Notes: generated by a model from the sequence alone, not told the origin. A DNA stretch of 64,000 bases from Candidatus Multivoradales bacterium (GCA_965248055.1 CBDFIJ010000004.1:544001-608000), one strand, 5' to 3'. Counted from the first letter of the stretch, positions 39,176 to 50,453 are shown. A program made the numbers and translations.

Positions 39176-40984
39176 TCAGCCGCCGTCATCGCTCTTGAGC
39201 ACAGCGACAAATGCCGACTGCGGAATCTCCACCGAGCCGACAACTTTCATCCGTTTTTTGCCTTCCTTCTGTTTCTCCAGGAGCTTGCGCTTGCGGGAGA
39301 TGTCACCTCCGTAACATTTTGCGGTGACGTCCTTGCGATAGGCGTTGATCGTGGTGCGGGCGATGATGGTGCCGCCAATCGCCCCTTGAATGGCGATTTT
39401 GAATTGTTGCCGAGGGATGGTTTCAGCCAGTCGCTCACAATAGTGCAGTGCGCGCAGTCGGGCTTTATCCTCGTGAACCATCTGTGCCAAGGCATCCACC
39501 GGCTCGTTGTTGACCAAGATGTCGACCTTGACGACGTTGGTAGAACGCTCGCCGATCAGGTCGTAATCAAACGATCCATAGCCTTGAGTGACGGTCTTCA
39601 AACGATCATAGAAATCGAACAACACTTCCGCCAGCGGTAGTTCCGAGGTGAGGTCCACTCGGCCCTGAGCCAGGTACTGAAAGGTGGTCTTCTCACCCCG
39701 ACGGTCGCGGCACAACTCCATCACCGCGCCGATGTACGATTCCGGAATCATCACGTGAGCCTTGATGTAGGGCTCGAATACCTCTTCAATCGACCCTGGA
39801 TCTGGATAGAAGGAGGGGTTGTCGACCGTCTTTTCGGAACCGTTTTTCATCAGCATCCGGTAGCGCACGGTCGGCGCTGACAGCAATAACGACAGGTCGT
39901 ACTCACGGGCCAGTCTCTCCTGCACCACCTCCAGGTGCAGCAAGCCCAGAAAGCCGCAGCGGTAGCCGAACCCCAGCGCCGCGGATGAGTCCTTTTCGTA
40001 GGTCAGAGAAGCATCGTTGAGCGCCAGTTTATCGAGAGCCTTGCTCAGTTCCTCGTAGTCATCGGTGGACATCGGATAGATCGAGGAAAACACCACTGGC
40101 TTCGCTTCAACGTAGCCTGGCAGCGGTTCAGGCGCCGGGTCTTCAGCGTCGGTGATGGTGTCGCCGATCGCCACATCCCGCACCGTCTTGATCCCAGCGA
40201 TCACGTAACCAACCTCACCGGCGACCAACTCTTTGGCAGGCACGTGTTTCAGTCGGAGTTTGCCCAACTCCTCACAATCAGCGTCGCGATCGGTATGCAA
40301 AAGACGTAACTTCTGGCCTTGGTACATCCGACCTTGTTGGATCTTGACCAACAGCACGACCCCTCGATAGGCGTCGTACTGAGCGTCAAACACCAAGGCT
40401 TGGAGCGGCCCATCCGGATCGCCCGAGGGTGCAGGAAGTGCCTGAACCAAAGACTCGATGACTTCCTCGACCCCTTCGCCGGTCTTGGCCGAGCAGAGAA
40501 CCGCGGCAAACGGATCGAGCCCCAAGTCAGCGTCGATCTCCTCCATCACCCGATCCGGATCTGCCGCGGGCAGGTCAATCTTGTTGATCACCGGCAAGAC
40601 GTCCAGGTCATATTCCAGAGCGAGATACAGATTAGCTACAGTCTGCGCTTCGACGCCTTGGGTTGCGTCGACGATCAACAGTGCCCCCTCACACGACATC
40701 AGCGACCGACGCACCTCATGCGAAAAGTCGACATGACCTGGGGTGTCAATCAAGTTCAGCAGGTATTCCTGACCATCTTTAGCTCGATAGTCGAGGGTCA
40801 CGGTGTTGCTCTTGATGGTGATTCCCCGCTCGCGCTCGATATCCATCGAGTCCAAGATCTGGTTGCGAAACTCGCGATCCTCCACACCGCCACACTTTTG
40901 AATCAAACGATCCGCAAGCGTACTCTTACCGTGGTCGATATGGGCAATGATGCAAAAGTTGCGGATCTGGGACTGCGCAGTCAT
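39176..40984 (-). CDS. lepA: Elongation factor 4
   Basis: IRNFCIIAHIDHGKSTLADR, DTPGHVDF, GFLGLLHLE, KCYGGDISRKRKLLEKQKEGKKRMK. Confidence 0.98.
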   Translation of the reverse strand: MTAQSQIRNFCIIAHIDHGKSTLADRLIQKCGGVEDREFRNQILDSMDIERERGITIKSNTVTLDYRAKDGQEYLLNLIDTPGHVDFSHEVRRSLMSCEGALLIVDATQGVEAQTVANLYLALEYDLDVLPVINKIDLPAADPDRVMEEIDADLGLDPFAAVLCSAKTGEGVEEVIESLVQALPAPSGDPDGPLQALVFDAQYDAYRGVVLLVKIQQGRMYQGQKLRLLHTDRDADCEELGKLRLKHVPAKELVAGEVGYVIAGIKTVRDVAIGDTITDAEDPAPEPLPGYVEAKPVVFSSIYPMSTDDYEELSKALDKLALNDASLTYEKDSSAALGFGYRCGFLGLLHLEVVQERLAREYDLSLLLSAPTVRYRMLMKNGSEKTVDNPSFYPDPGSIEEVFEPYIKAHVMIPESYIGAVMELCRDRRGEKTTFQYLAQGRVDLTSELPLAEVLFDFYDRLKTVTQGYGSFDYDLIGERSTNVVKVDILVNNEPVDALAQMVHEDKARLRALHYCERLAETIPRQQFKIAIQGAIGGTIIARTTINAYRKDVTAKCYGGDISRKRKLLEKQKEGKKRMKVVGSVEIPQSAFVAVLKSDDGG

Positions 40985-41152
40985 GGTTAAGGGATACAGC
41001 CCGACACGAAAAGGTCGCGCCGCACCGAGATTTTACTCCACTGAGCCCTCGTCATGATGCACGGGCTGCACTCTGGTCGTTTTGCTCCCTTGATACTGTC
41101 CACGATGGTTGAGCCGGGAATGAATTGTGGTTTGATTACGTTTCATTAATTG

Positions 41153-41198
41153 ACAGTAACTCACTCATATATCGACCAAGAGATGAGTGAGTAGCTGT
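41153..41198. promoter_or_regulatory. Inverted repeat (perfect 10-bp core ACTCACTCAT/ATGAGTGAGT, 14-nt spacer) overlapping TTGACA upstream of cbpA-like/clpB
   Basis: Directly visible; an operator role is inferred. Confidence 0.55.
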
Positions 41199-41247
41199 TA
41201 TGTTTGAACTTACCTGGGGCTGATCCTGGTGGCTTTTGGAGAATACT

Positions 41248-42240
41248 GTGGACTACGTGGATTATTACGCCACTCTAGGCGTTGACAAGAAGGCTGGCGC
41301 GGACGAAATCCAAAAGGCCTACCGCAAGCTAGCGCGGAGCTACCATCCAGACATCAACAAAGCTCCCGAAGCGGAAGCTAAGTTCAAGCAAATCAATGAG
41401 GCCTATCAAGTGTTGTCCGACGCCGACAAACGGGCCAAGTACGACCAGTTCGGTAGCGCTTGGAATCGGGCTCAATCCACTGGGAGTCCACCTACAGGAT
41501 ATGAGGACATCTTTTCCGAGTTCGGATTCGGTGGTCGGGGTGGCGCGGGCTTCCCCCCCGGTGGAGCCAGGGTGCGTACTTCGACAGGCCCGGGCGGCTT
41601 CAGCAGCTTCTTCGAAACTCTGTTTGGTGGTGGGGCCACCGATTTTGGCACTTGGACCACGGTCGATGACTTCTCTGCAAAGGGCAATGACCAAGAGGCT
41701 TCGCTCAGCATTAGCCTGCGCGAAGCCTTCCACGGAGGCGAGCGCAGCCTCAGCCTCACTGACGGCCGGGGTGGCACCAAGCGACTCAAGGTCAAAATTC
41801 CTCCCGGGGTCAAAACTGGGCAGCGCATTCGTCTCGCGGGCCAGGGAGGCAAGGGACGCGGAGCCAGTGGCGACCTACTACTTAAGATTGAAGTCAACCC
41901 TGAGAGTGGTTTTCGCTTGGAGGGCAAAGATCTCCACACCACGCTCAAACTGACGCCTTGGGAGGCTGCCTTGGGAGGTAGCGTCGAGCTCGCCACCCTC
42001 AACGGTTCCAAGCACATCCGAATTCCCGCGGGTACGTCGTCGGGAGCCAAGATTCGACTTCGCGGTCAAGGATTCCCCGAAACCAAAGGATCGGCAGGTG
42101 ACCTGATCGCGGAAACCAAGATCGTAGTGCCCAAGGACCTCAGTGCGCAGGAGCAAGACCTATTTCAGCAACTGGCTCAAACTTCTCCTTTTGCCCCCCG
42201 AAGCGACCAAAAAACAGAAGAAAAGAAAAGCACCGAATAG
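41248..42240 (+). CDS. DnaJ-class chaperone without zinc finger (CbpA-like)
   Basis: J-domain with HPD, G/F-rich region, DnaJ C-terminal domain, no CxxCxGxG repeats. Confidence 0.92.
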   Translation: MDYVDYYATLGVDKKAGADEIQKAYRKLARSYHPDINKAPEAEAKFKQINEAYQVLSDADKRAKYDQFGSAWNRAQSTGSPPTGYEDIFSEFGFGGRGGAGFPPGGARVRTSTGPGGFSSFFETLFGGGATDFGTWTTVDDFSAKGNDQEASLSISLREAFHGGERSLSLTDGRGGTKRLKVKIPPGVKTGQRIRLAGQGGKGRGASGDLLLKIEVNPESGFRLEGKDLHTTLKLTPWEAALGGSVELATLNGSKHIRIPAGTSSGAKIRLRGQGFPETKGSAGDLIAETKIVVPKDLSAQEQDLFQQLAQTSPFAPRSDQKTEEKKSTE

Positions 42241-42260
42241 GAGCGGTGTAGGAGTCAAAA

Positions 42261-44882
42261 ATGGATCTGTCAAAATTTACCATCAGAAGCCAAGAAGCCC
42301 TTGCCGCAGCGCAAGAAGAAGCCACCCGCCGTGGTCAACAGCAACAAGTCGATGCTGAGCATCTGCTGCTGGCGCTGCTCCATCAATCCGAAGGATTGGT
42401 GCCCCGTCTGCTCAAGCGTCTGGACGCGCAGCCCAATGACATCGCTGCGGCGATTGAAGAGGAGCTCACTCGACGACCTCAGGTTGCCGGGGCTGGAGCC
42501 GAGCCAGGCAAGATCTATCTCACTCCCCGTTTGCAGTCATTGCTGCTCGACGCCTCGGACCGGGCCAAGAGACTCAACGATGACTACGTATCCGTGGAGC
42601 ACTTGCTCCTGGCACTCGCCGGAGAGGGGCAGAGACATCCTTCTGGACGCATCCTCGAAGGGGCAGGGATTGACACTGCGGGGGTATTGCAAGCACTGCA
42701 ATCCGTGCGTGGCAACCAACGGGTCACCAGCGCTTCTCCGGAAGACGCTTACGAGGCACTTGAGAAATACGGGATTGATCTGGTGGCGCAAGCTCGGGCC
42801 GGAAAGATGGACCCAATCATCGGCCGCGATTCGGAAATTCGTCGAGTGATCCGCATCTTGTCGCGCAAGAGCAAGAACAATCCGGTACTGATCGGCGAGC
42901 CCGGAGTCGGCAAGACAGCGATCGCCGAGGGCTTGGCCCAGCGCATCGTCAAAGGCGACGTACCCGAGTGGATGAAAGATCGGTCGGTCTTCTCACTCGA
43001 CCTGGGGGCACTGATTGCCGGCGCCAAATTCCGCGGCGAGTTCGAAGAACGTCTCAAAGCAGTGCTCAGCGAAATCAAGGAATCCGAAGGGCGAATCCTG
43101 TTGTTCATTGACGAGGTTCACAACATTGTCGGTGCCGGGCGCACCGAGGGTTCGACCGACGCCGGAAATCTGCTCAAACCGATGCTGGCGCGCGGTGAGT
43201 TGCACTGCATTGGTGCAACCACCCTGGACGAGTATCGCAAGTACATCGAAAAGGACGCGGCGCTCGAACGGCGTTTCCAACCGGTGTTGGTGGAACCATC
43301 CACCGTCGAAGACACCATTTCGATTTTGCGAGGACTGCGCGAACGCTTCGAGGTCCACCACGGAGTCAAGATCCAAGACAACGCTCTCGTGGCCGCGGCG
43401 ACGCTTTCAAATCGCTACATCAGTGACCGATTCCTGCCAGACAAAGCGATCGACTTGGTCGACGAATCCTGCGCCATGATCCGCACCGAAATCGATTCAC
43501 TACCCGCGGAGCTCGATGAAGTCACTCGCAAGGTAATGCGTTTGGAGATCGAAGAAGCAGCACTCAAGGAGGAGAGAGACAAATCGTCGAAGGAACGTCT
43601 CAAGGTACTACAAAAAGAGCTAGCTGACCTCAAGGCTGACGCCGACGCGATGCGCGCGCGCTATGACGAGGAAAAGCAAACCATCGACCGGGTACGCGCG
43701 TTGCGAGCCGAACTGGAGCAAGTGCGCCAGGAAATCGAGAAAGCCGAACGCGACTACGACCTCAACCGTGCTGCGGAATTGCAACATGGGCGGCTACCCC
43801 AACTGGAAGGCGAGATCGCTGACGCGGAGGCCGAGGCCGCCGATGGAGAGTCTCGCCTGCTGCGCGAAGAAGTCACCGAAGACGAAATCGCTGACATCGT
43901 CGCCAATTGGACCGGTATTCCGGTCACTAGGCTGGTGGAAGGGGAACGCGAGAAACTGTTGCGCCTGGACGAAATCCTACATCGGAGAGTGATCGGCCAA
44001 AACGAGGCGGTGGACCGGGTGGTAGACGCAGTGATTCGCGCCCGCGCCGGAATCAAAGACCCGCGCCGACCAATCGGCTCTTTTCTCTTTTTGGGACCCA
44101 CAGGAGTGGGAAAAACAGAACTCGCCAAGACCCTGGCCGAAGCCCTGTTCGACAGCGAGGACAACATCATTCGCCTTGACATGAGCGAGTACATGGAGCG
44201 TCACAGTGTTTCGCGCTTGGTCGGCGCGCCCCCTGGCTACGTCGGCTATGAAGAGGGTGGACAGCTCACCGAAGCGGTGCGACGCAAGCCCTACAGTGTG
44301 ATCCTGTTTGACGAGATCGAGAAAGCTCACACCGATGTCTTCAACGTGCTATTGCAGATTCTCGATGACGGGCGCGCCACCGACTCCCAAGGACACAACG
44401 TGGACTTCAAGAACACGGTGGTGATCATGACTTCAAACATCGGGTCACCGCATCTACTGGAGGGGTTGACGCCGGATGGAGACATCAGCGACGCCGCACA
44501 TGATCAGGTGATGGCGGAACTACGTGGCCACTTCCGTCCCGAGTTCTTGAACCGGATTGACGAGACGGTGCTGTTCAAGCCACTGCGTCTTGAGGAGATC
44601 GAACAGATTGTCGATTTGCAACTGATTGACCTGCGCAAACGGCTCGCCGATCACAACATCGATGTCCAGCTGACCCAGGCGGCGCGGACCCTCGTCGCTC
44701 GCTCGGGATTCGATCCGGTCTATGGAGCCCGTCCCCTCAAGCGCTATCTGCAAAGAGAGCTCGAGACCCGAATTGGCAGATCGATCATCGCAGGGGATCT
44801 GGTCGATGGTAGCGCGCTGGTGGTCGATGTCGAGGAAGGGGCTCTGGTCCTGCGACCAGAACAAAAGATCTCTGCGGCCTAG
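42261..44882 (+). CDS. clpB: ATP-dependent chaperone ClpB
   Basis: Two AAA modules ([16 protein letters not shown]), long middle coiled coil, [17 protein letters not shown]. Confidence 0.97.
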   Translation: MDLSKFTIRSQEALAAAQEEATRRGQQQQVDAEHLLLALLHQSEGLVPRLLKRLDAQPNDIAAAIEEELTRRPQVAGAGAEPGKIYLTPRLQSLLLDASDRAKRLNDDYVSVEHLLLALAGEGQRHPSGRILEGAGIDTAGVLQALQSVRGNQRVTSASPEDAYEALEKYGIDLVAQARAGKMDPIIGRDSEIRRVIRILSRKSKNNPVLIGEPGVGKTAIAEGLAQRIVKGDVPEWMKDRSVFSLDLGALIAGAKFRGEFEERLKAVLSEIKESEGRILLFIDEVHNIVGAGRTEGSTDAGNLLKPMLARGELHCIGATTLDEYRKYIEKDAALERRFQPVLVEPSTVEDTISILRGLRERFEVHHGVKIQDNALVAAATLSNRYISDRFLPDKAIDLVDESCAMIRTEIDSLPAELDEVTRKVMRLEIEEAALKEERDKSSKERLKVLQKELADLKADADAMRARYDEEKQTIDRVRALRAELEQVRQEIEKAERDYDLNRAAELQHGRLPQLEGEIADAEAEAADGESRLLREEVTEDEIADIVANWTGIPVTRLVEGEREKLLRLDEILHRRVIGQNEAVDRVVDAVIRARAGIKDPRRPIGSFLFLGPTGVGKTELAKTLAEALFDSEDNIIRLDMSEYMERHSVSRLVGAPPGYVGYEEGGQLTEAVRRKPYSVILFDEIEKAHTDVFNVLLQILDDGRATDSQGHNVDFKNTVVIMTSNIGSPHLLEGLTPDGDISDAAHDQVMAELRGHFRPEFLNRIDETVLFKPLRLEEIEQIVDLQLIDLRKRLADHNIDVQLTQAARTLVARSGFDPVYGARPLKRYLQRELETRIGRSIIAGDLVDGSALVVDVEEGALVLRPEQKISAA

Positions 44883-45043
44883 CAACGAAAAGAGCGGGCG
44901 GGGATAAACCCGCCCCCACAAGTCCACTCGGGACCAACCCAAAACGACTGCTCCGCTACCGAAGGATGCAATCAGTGTCAGCCGACGATCCGATTACACC
45001 AGCAACCGAGTTTATTAAACAACCACAACCCTGGTCGATGCAT

Positions 45044-47635
45044 CTACGACCAAGGGTTCAGCAAAAAGGCGCGAAGACGTCTAAACACCGGGGCTACATC
45101 CGCTTTGCCATCCCAGCTTTCCCAGAACCGCGCCAGCGGGGTTTCATCGCTGTGCATCTGCACCGCAACGTCCCCCTCAGCAACCGCCCCTTCGGGTTTC
45201 CAGTCTGGACCCCGGGCCTGCCGAACCTCCTCAAGCAAGTCTTGATGGCCGTCACCCTGCGACCAAGCTAGATAGGCACTCAGAAACAACGCCCCGACCG
45301 ACCGATCGTTGGTCTGGAGCAGATGCTCCAGATGCTGTTCGGCCGCAGCGGCATCCCCGATCATCAGGCTGAGCTCAGCCAGCAATTGCAGACTGCCGGT
45401 TTCTTCCTGGTTGATCTGCAAGGCTCGTTGAGTCGCTCGCACTGCCTGCTGAAGATCCTCGGTCGCGGTCGCCATTTGCGCTCGCAGAACCGCCCAACGT
45501 TTGTGCGCACGGTGGCTGTCAGGGTGCTGTTCTCTCATCTTCCCCAGTTCGGCCAACGCTAGTTCTGACTGCTCCAGGACCGCTAGGCAGTTGGCCAGGT
45601 AATAGCGCGAGTCCGCGTGTGCTGGGTCCAGAGCCAGTGCCTGCCGAAACAGATCAACCGCCTGCTCGCAGTCCCCATCCCGCTTCATCGCATCCATTGC
45701 TGCGCGCTGAGCCGCCCAGAAATCGAGAATCTGCTGGCGCTCCGTGGAGGCCGCCATGAGCCGAGGGGCACCAAGCCGAATCGCCTGAGCTTCTCCCTCC
45801 TGCAGTCGATAGCGAGCGTTGACTCCCAGTCCAGAGAACTGCTGTGGCTCGCCACCGTGCCATTGAACTTCGACCTGATCCAACGATTCCAAGACCCCTA
45901 GACCGACATGCACTACCGCGCTGCTCTGCGACAAGTACGAGGCGCTGGTGACCCGTCGTCTCCAGGTGGTATCGCCCGCGTGGAATAACACAAGACTGCC
46001 TTCACCTCGACCCCCATTGCTTCCGTGCAGTTCGAGTTCGATCCAGTTGCCAGCCTCCAGGTCGTTGCGTATCAACGCTACCCCACCGTCGAGGCGCATC
46101 ATCGCGACATCTAGGTCACCGTCTTGGTCGTAGTCGGCGAGCGCCAAGCCGCGCCCGGCGTGCGGTTCGGCAAATGGCGGGCTCAACCCTGCCAAGTCAT
46201 GGAAGAAGTCTCCGGCTTGGTTCCACAACAACATCGGCCTCTGCCGTTTGAGTTGCTTCGATTCGGTTGCTCGCCCCGAGGCCGGCTCCTCCAGCGTGCT
46301 GCCATTGGAAACCACCAAGTCCAGCCAGCCGTCGTTATCGAGATCACCGAACTCGGTGCCCCAGCCGACCGACTGCAGCGCGATCTGGCCAACCCCTTTG
46401 GGTGCTGCAAGGTCGGCAAAGGTCAGTTTGCTGGCACCACTGGGAGTTCCTTGACCGGTTTCCACCAACCGAGATTCGTAGAGGGCATTCTCTTGTGCCA
46501 ACCAGTGGGTGACAAACAGGTCGTCATCCCCATCGCGATTCCAGTCGCCGCTGGTCAACCCCATGGCGCCGCGGTAGTCGGCGACCCAAGCCGACAAGCC
46601 AGCGTCTTCAAAGGTGTCGCCGCGATTCAGGTAGAGAGCATTATCCGAGATGTCGTTGGCGACGTAAAGGTCCAGACGCCCGTCAGCATCGAAGTCCTGC
46701 CACAAGGCACCGAGGCTTCTACCCTCTGGGTTGGAGACCCCATAGAGAGTCGCTACGTCTTGAAAACGTCCTGCTCCGTCGTTGCGCAGCAACATGTTAG
46801 ACAGCGGTTCGAACGACGCTGGATTCAAAGTGTAGGGAACTACCGTTCCGTACTGGTCCGAGCTGCGCCGACCCTCACCATCGTCTTCCACATAGTCGAC
46901 GTAACCACTGACATAGAGGTCCAGATCTCGATCTTGGTCGAAGTCACCCCAAGTCAATCCCGCCCAGAATTCGTCACTGCGCGGAAGCACCGGCCCCGGC
47001 ATCAGGATCCCTTGTTGGTTGTGAAACAACAACAGCACCTGATAGCCGCTCACCGCTAGGTCAAGCCAACCATCCCCGTCGTAGTCGCCCCAAGCTGCCC
47101 CCATACCGACGACGCGAATCGCCGGGAACTCTTTGACCAGGGCAAACGTCCCGTCGCCCTGGTTACGGTACAACTGTGAGGATGCCCAACTTGACCGCAC
47201 AGCGGCCAAGGAGCCGCCGCCGCTGACCAGGAATAGGTCGTCGTCACCGTCGTTGTCGAAGTCACCCCAAGCCAAACCAGCCGCCATGTCCTCGGGCAAT
47301 TGTGAGGAACGGTCGCCGACGAACATGTCGAATCCGCCCAGACCTGCTTCCTGAGTAACCTCAGTGAATTTCGGTTGGGGCGCTCCAGGAGGTAAGTCGC
47401 GGTCCAGGTTCTCGGTGATCTCGTCAGTCTTCTCGCCGGAAACCCAAGTCTCCGGTCGGCCATTTCGAACCAGCCAAACGCCACCCAGCGCCAGCAAGAC
47501 CATCAGGGCACCCAGGATCCAGAAGGTTCGACGTAGCCGACGTTTGCGGCGTCCAATCGTTGGCTTCTTTCTACCTGTGCCTGATCCGCCAGCAGCGGGT
47601 TTGCCAGCGGATCGATGGTTTCCTAGCTCCGGCAT
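45044..47635 (-). CDS. Membrane-anchored FG-GAP repeat / ASPIC-UnbV (CRTAC1-like) protein with C-terminal TPRs
   Basis: Basic N-terminus plus TM; repeated WGDFDNDGDDDL-type motifs; 'SYLSQS..VHVGLG..VEVQW' ASPIC domain; TPR tail. Confidence 0.88.
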   Translation of the reverse strand: MPELGNHRSAGKPAAGGSGTGRKKPTIGRRKRRLRRTFWILGALMVLLALGGVWLVRNGRPETWVSGEKTDEITENLDRDLPPGAPQPKFTEVTQEAGLGGFDMFVGDRSSQLPEDMAAGLAWGDFDNDGDDDLFLVSGGGSLAAVRSSWASSQLYRNQGDGTFALVKEFPAIRVVGMGAAWGDYDGDGWLDLAVSGYQVLLLFHNQQGILMPGPVLPRSDEFWAGLTWGDFDQDRDLDLYVSGYVDYVEDDGEGRRSSDQYGTVVPYTLNPASFEPLSNMLLRNDGAGRFQDVATLYGVSNPEGRSLGALWQDFDADGRLDLYVANDISDNALYLNRGDTFEDAGLSAWVADYRGAMGLTSGDWNRDGDDDLFVTHWLAQENALYESRLVETGQGTPSGASKLTFADLAAPKGVGQIALQSVGWGTEFGDLDNDGWLDLVVSNGSTLEEPASGRATESKQLKRQRPMLLWNQAGDFFHDLAGLSPPFAEPHAGRGLALADYDQDGDLDVAMMRLDGGVALIRNDLEAGNWIELELHGSNGGRGEGSLVLFHAGDTTWRRRVTSASYLSQSSAVVHVGLGVLESLDQVEVQWHGGEPQQFSGLGVNARYRLQEGEAQAIRLGAPRLMAASTERQQILDFWAAQRAAMDAMKRDGDCEQAVDLFRQALALDPAHADSRYYLANCLAVLEQSELALAELGKMREQHPDSHRAHKRWAVLRAQMATATEDLQQAVRATQRALQINQEETGSLQLLAELSLMIGDAAAAEQHLEHLLQTNDRSVGALFLSAYLAWSQGDGHQDLLEEVRQARGPDWKPEGAVAEGDVAVQMHSDETPLARFWESWDGKADVAPVFRRLRAFLLNPWS

Positions 47636-47647
47636 GGGGTTGTCTCG

Positions 47648-49744
47648 CTAGCCACCGATTCGCGTATCCACAGTCGACTCGGTGCTGGCGACTTCTGGAC
47701 TGAGTGAAATGGTCCGCTCATCGCGAGCCATCTCAATCACCGGTGCCGACAAGCCAGAGTCTTCGCCGAGCAGGAAGTTGATCAAGAACTGGTCGACCTT
47801 GCGGTACATCAACTTAGCCACCACCCGGTACTCACCCGGGGTGCCGGTGGGGATGGCGAACTCCTGCTCTTCTCTGCCGGTCTCGGCCAACGGCGTTCGC
47901 TCTCCAGGCATCGAAGTTACCGGGCAATCAATCATGTACTCCACCGCATCCGAGTAGCCCGGAAACAGGGCGCGGCGATAGCGCACGCCAACCATCTCCC
48001 ACAGGTTATGGCGGTCAATCAGGTTGCCGTATTGATCCACCGGCTCGGCCTTGAACAGAAAGCTCCCAGGCTCGATAAAGTTGCGGTCATCGCGCATTCC
48101 GCTGTTGAAAATCTCGCTGCCGTCGGGAGCGTAGGCGTGGATCTCGATCCAGGCTTGAATGATGTCGAGCGGGCCAGTGGGGAAATCATGCCCAACCTTG
48201 TTGGCGGTCATCACCACTTTTACCGCTAGCGTTTCTCCTGGGGCCACTCGATCCGGCACATCCAAAGCAACTCGAACTACTGGTCCGTCCGCCCATTTCT
48301 GCTGAATTTCGGGAATCTCAAAGTCGCCCTTCAACCATTCTTCGGTCAGGCGTACCTGTTCCTCCCAGCCTTCCAACTGCAACAGCTCGGGAACCAAACT
48401 GTTGGCGGCGACAAAGCGGTGCGATCGATGCTGCCGATCATTGGGAGTGCGGTTGTAATCCTCAAAATCACCGCTCGCCGGATCTTCCGAATCCACCAAC
48501 GGCATATGACATTCGCGACACTCGACGGTCTTCTCCGGGTCACCCTCGGTGAACCAGTGACTGGCCTTCCAGTTGTCGTACTGATTCTGTAACTGCACCC
48601 AACCGACGCGATTGACTTCTTCGTCAATGAACTGCTTATGGCAGGCGGCACAATACTCAGGCGCCTTGAACATCCGCTTGCTCAGTTCGTTGTGCTTCCG
48701 CGGATAGGTTCGAATCAAGAAGTCACTAGTCAACTTGCCCCAGCCCGCGGTCTGCCATTGCCAAAGGTAAGAGGCAGGCTGCGCCATTACGTAGTTGGCG
48801 TTGCCCTGCAAATCGGTCTCTCGCACTCCATGGCACGACAGGCAGGAGATGCCTTCTTGGAATCCCTGCAGATCGGTCAGGTTCTCAGCAAAGATGTTCT
48901 TGGCACCAGAGAACAGAGAGATCGGATCATGGCAGCCGCCACAGTAGCGAGTCGACTCGGGCCCATTCTGCTCGGCCATGACGCTCTGGACTTTCTGAAA
49001 TAGCGGGTCCATGGCGGCGTAGCGATGCGCTGACGGCAGCCATTCTTCATAGATCTGCGCGTGGCATCCAGCAGTGCCGCAAGATTCCGATCCAGCCAAA
49101 GAATCCGCGTCGAGCGCGCCCCCAGTCTCAGTGGTCGCCAAACTCGGTGCGAAGGGTCGATCCTCGCCGTAGTAATAGCTGTAATCCTCAGGAAACTGGT
49201 TCTGATACTGCTCTCCCGGATAAAGAACGGTCAGGGCACCGATCGCTGCCATGCCAACCGCCGTCCCAACCAAGGTCCAGCCAGCCAAACCAGCCGCCTG
49301 GCCCGACACGGTACGTCGGCGATCCCGGACGAGCACCAACAATACGTGGACCAACCCGGCAGCGAGCACGGCAATCGTCGAGTACAAGTGCAGATTACGC
49401 CACAACAGCGAAGTCTTGACCCCGAACACCCCTTGCCAGGTAACCACCAAACCCGATATTAGACAAACCGCCATCCCCAGAGAACCGACATAACCCAAAA
49501 GGACGGTGTCGGAGAGGTTGTAGTGTCGGTAGTCCAGCCAATGAGCCACCAAATACCAAACCATCGGCAAAAGCGCCACCAATCCCAGCACCGTGTGCAG
49601 CACCACGCTCCACTGCACCGCAGCGTGGAACGGGCCCAAGGTAATGACCAAGCCACTGACGATCTCGAACAACAATAGCGTCAGCCCCACTCGGGTCAAG
49701 GCGGATCGCCAACCGGTACGTAAAATCGGTCGATGCTGATTCAT
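47648..49744 (-). CDS. Membrane cytochrome b-like domain fused to a multiheme cytochrome c domain
   Basis: ~5 TM helices carrying 4 His; CGTAGCH (CX4CH), CGGCH, CLSCH, CAACH, CRECH. Confidence 0.85.
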   Translation of the reverse strand: MNQHRPILRTGWRSALTRVGLTLLLFEIVSGLVITLGPFHAAVQWSVVLHTVLGLVALLPMVWYLVAHWLDYRHYNLSDTVLLGYVGSLGMAVCLISGLVVTWQGVFGVKTSLLWRNLHLYSTIAVLAAGLVHVLLVLVRDRRRTVSGQAAGLAGWTLVGTAVGMAAIGALTVLYPGEQYQNQFPEDYSYYYGEDRPFAPSLATTETGGALDADSLAGSESCGTAGCHAQIYEEWLPSAHRYAAMDPLFQKVQSVMAEQNGPESTRYCGGCHDPISLFSGAKNIFAENLTDLQGFQEGISCLSCHGVRETDLQGNANYVMAQPASYLWQWQTAGWGKLTSDFLIRTYPRKHNELSKRMFKAPEYCAACHKQFIDEEVNRVGWVQLQNQYDNWKASHWFTEGDPEKTVECRECHMPLVDSEDPASGDFEDYNRTPNDRQHRSHRFVAANSLVPELLQLEGWEEQVRLTEEWLKGDFEIPEIQQKWADGPVVRVALDVPDRVAPGETLAVKVVMTANKVGHDFPTGPLDIIQAWIEIHAYAPDGSEIFNSGMRDDRNFIEPGSFLFKAEPVDQYGNLIDRHNLWEMVGVRYRRALFPGYSDAVEYMIDCPVTSMPGERTPLAETGREEQEFAIPTGTPGEYRVVAKLMYRKVDQFLINFLLGEDSGLSAPVIEMARDERTISLSPEVASTESTVDTRIGG

Positions 49745-50153
49745 TGCTATTCGTCCCCTTGGTCGAAGCTCAAGGATAATCGCACCTGAGACTCCGTAAT
49801 TTAAAATGGTATCGAACCTGAGGTTCTCAAGCAACAAAACAGCACTGCTCTTCTGACCCAAAACCAGTACGTCGAAGCACCCCGTCCACAGGAAACTTAC
49901 GCTCCACCCAAGACTGTCAGCCAGACTGCGGGAAACCCCAAACCCAAAGCACCGGTCGGCCTACGGCGTGCATCGCGATGGACAGCACAATTTATGGCAT
50001 GTCTATTGTATTCTTGTCTTCTTCACATTATCTCACTCAGATTTTGGAGATGCGTCTGCTCCCGGACCGGTTCTCTCTTATGAAAGCCGCAAGAAAGTGG
50101 CACAGTTGGCCCGAAATAGTGGACCGATGGCAATCAGAATGAGGAGAAACACC

Positions 50154-50395
50154 ATGAGGACCAGACACCTAACTCGCCGACCCGTCTTTAGCCCGATGCT
50201 TGACACCGACTCGCTGGCCGATCTTGACCAGTTGATGGCCGGGTTTTTCCGCCCGACGGCTCTTTCACCCGTTCCTTTGGCCTGCCTCGGGAAGTGGATT
50301 CCGAAGCCGTCAGCGCCAGCTTCCGAGATGGCGTGCTCACGGTGACGGTGCCCAAGACTGAGACCGCTAATCCACGAACCATCGAAGTCGTCTAA
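50154..50395 (+). pseudogene. Hsp20/alpha-crystallin gene with internal deletion and frameshift
   Basis: SD GAGGAG; N-terminus 'MRTRHL...FFRPT' joined out of frame to 'GSFTRSFGLPREVDSEAVSASFRDGVLTVTVPK...PRTIEV*'. Confidence 0.85.
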
Positions 50396-50453
50396 CTGGA
50401 TCAGATTGATCCTCCACCTCTCTGATTATCAGATCAACCAGGGAACGAACTTC

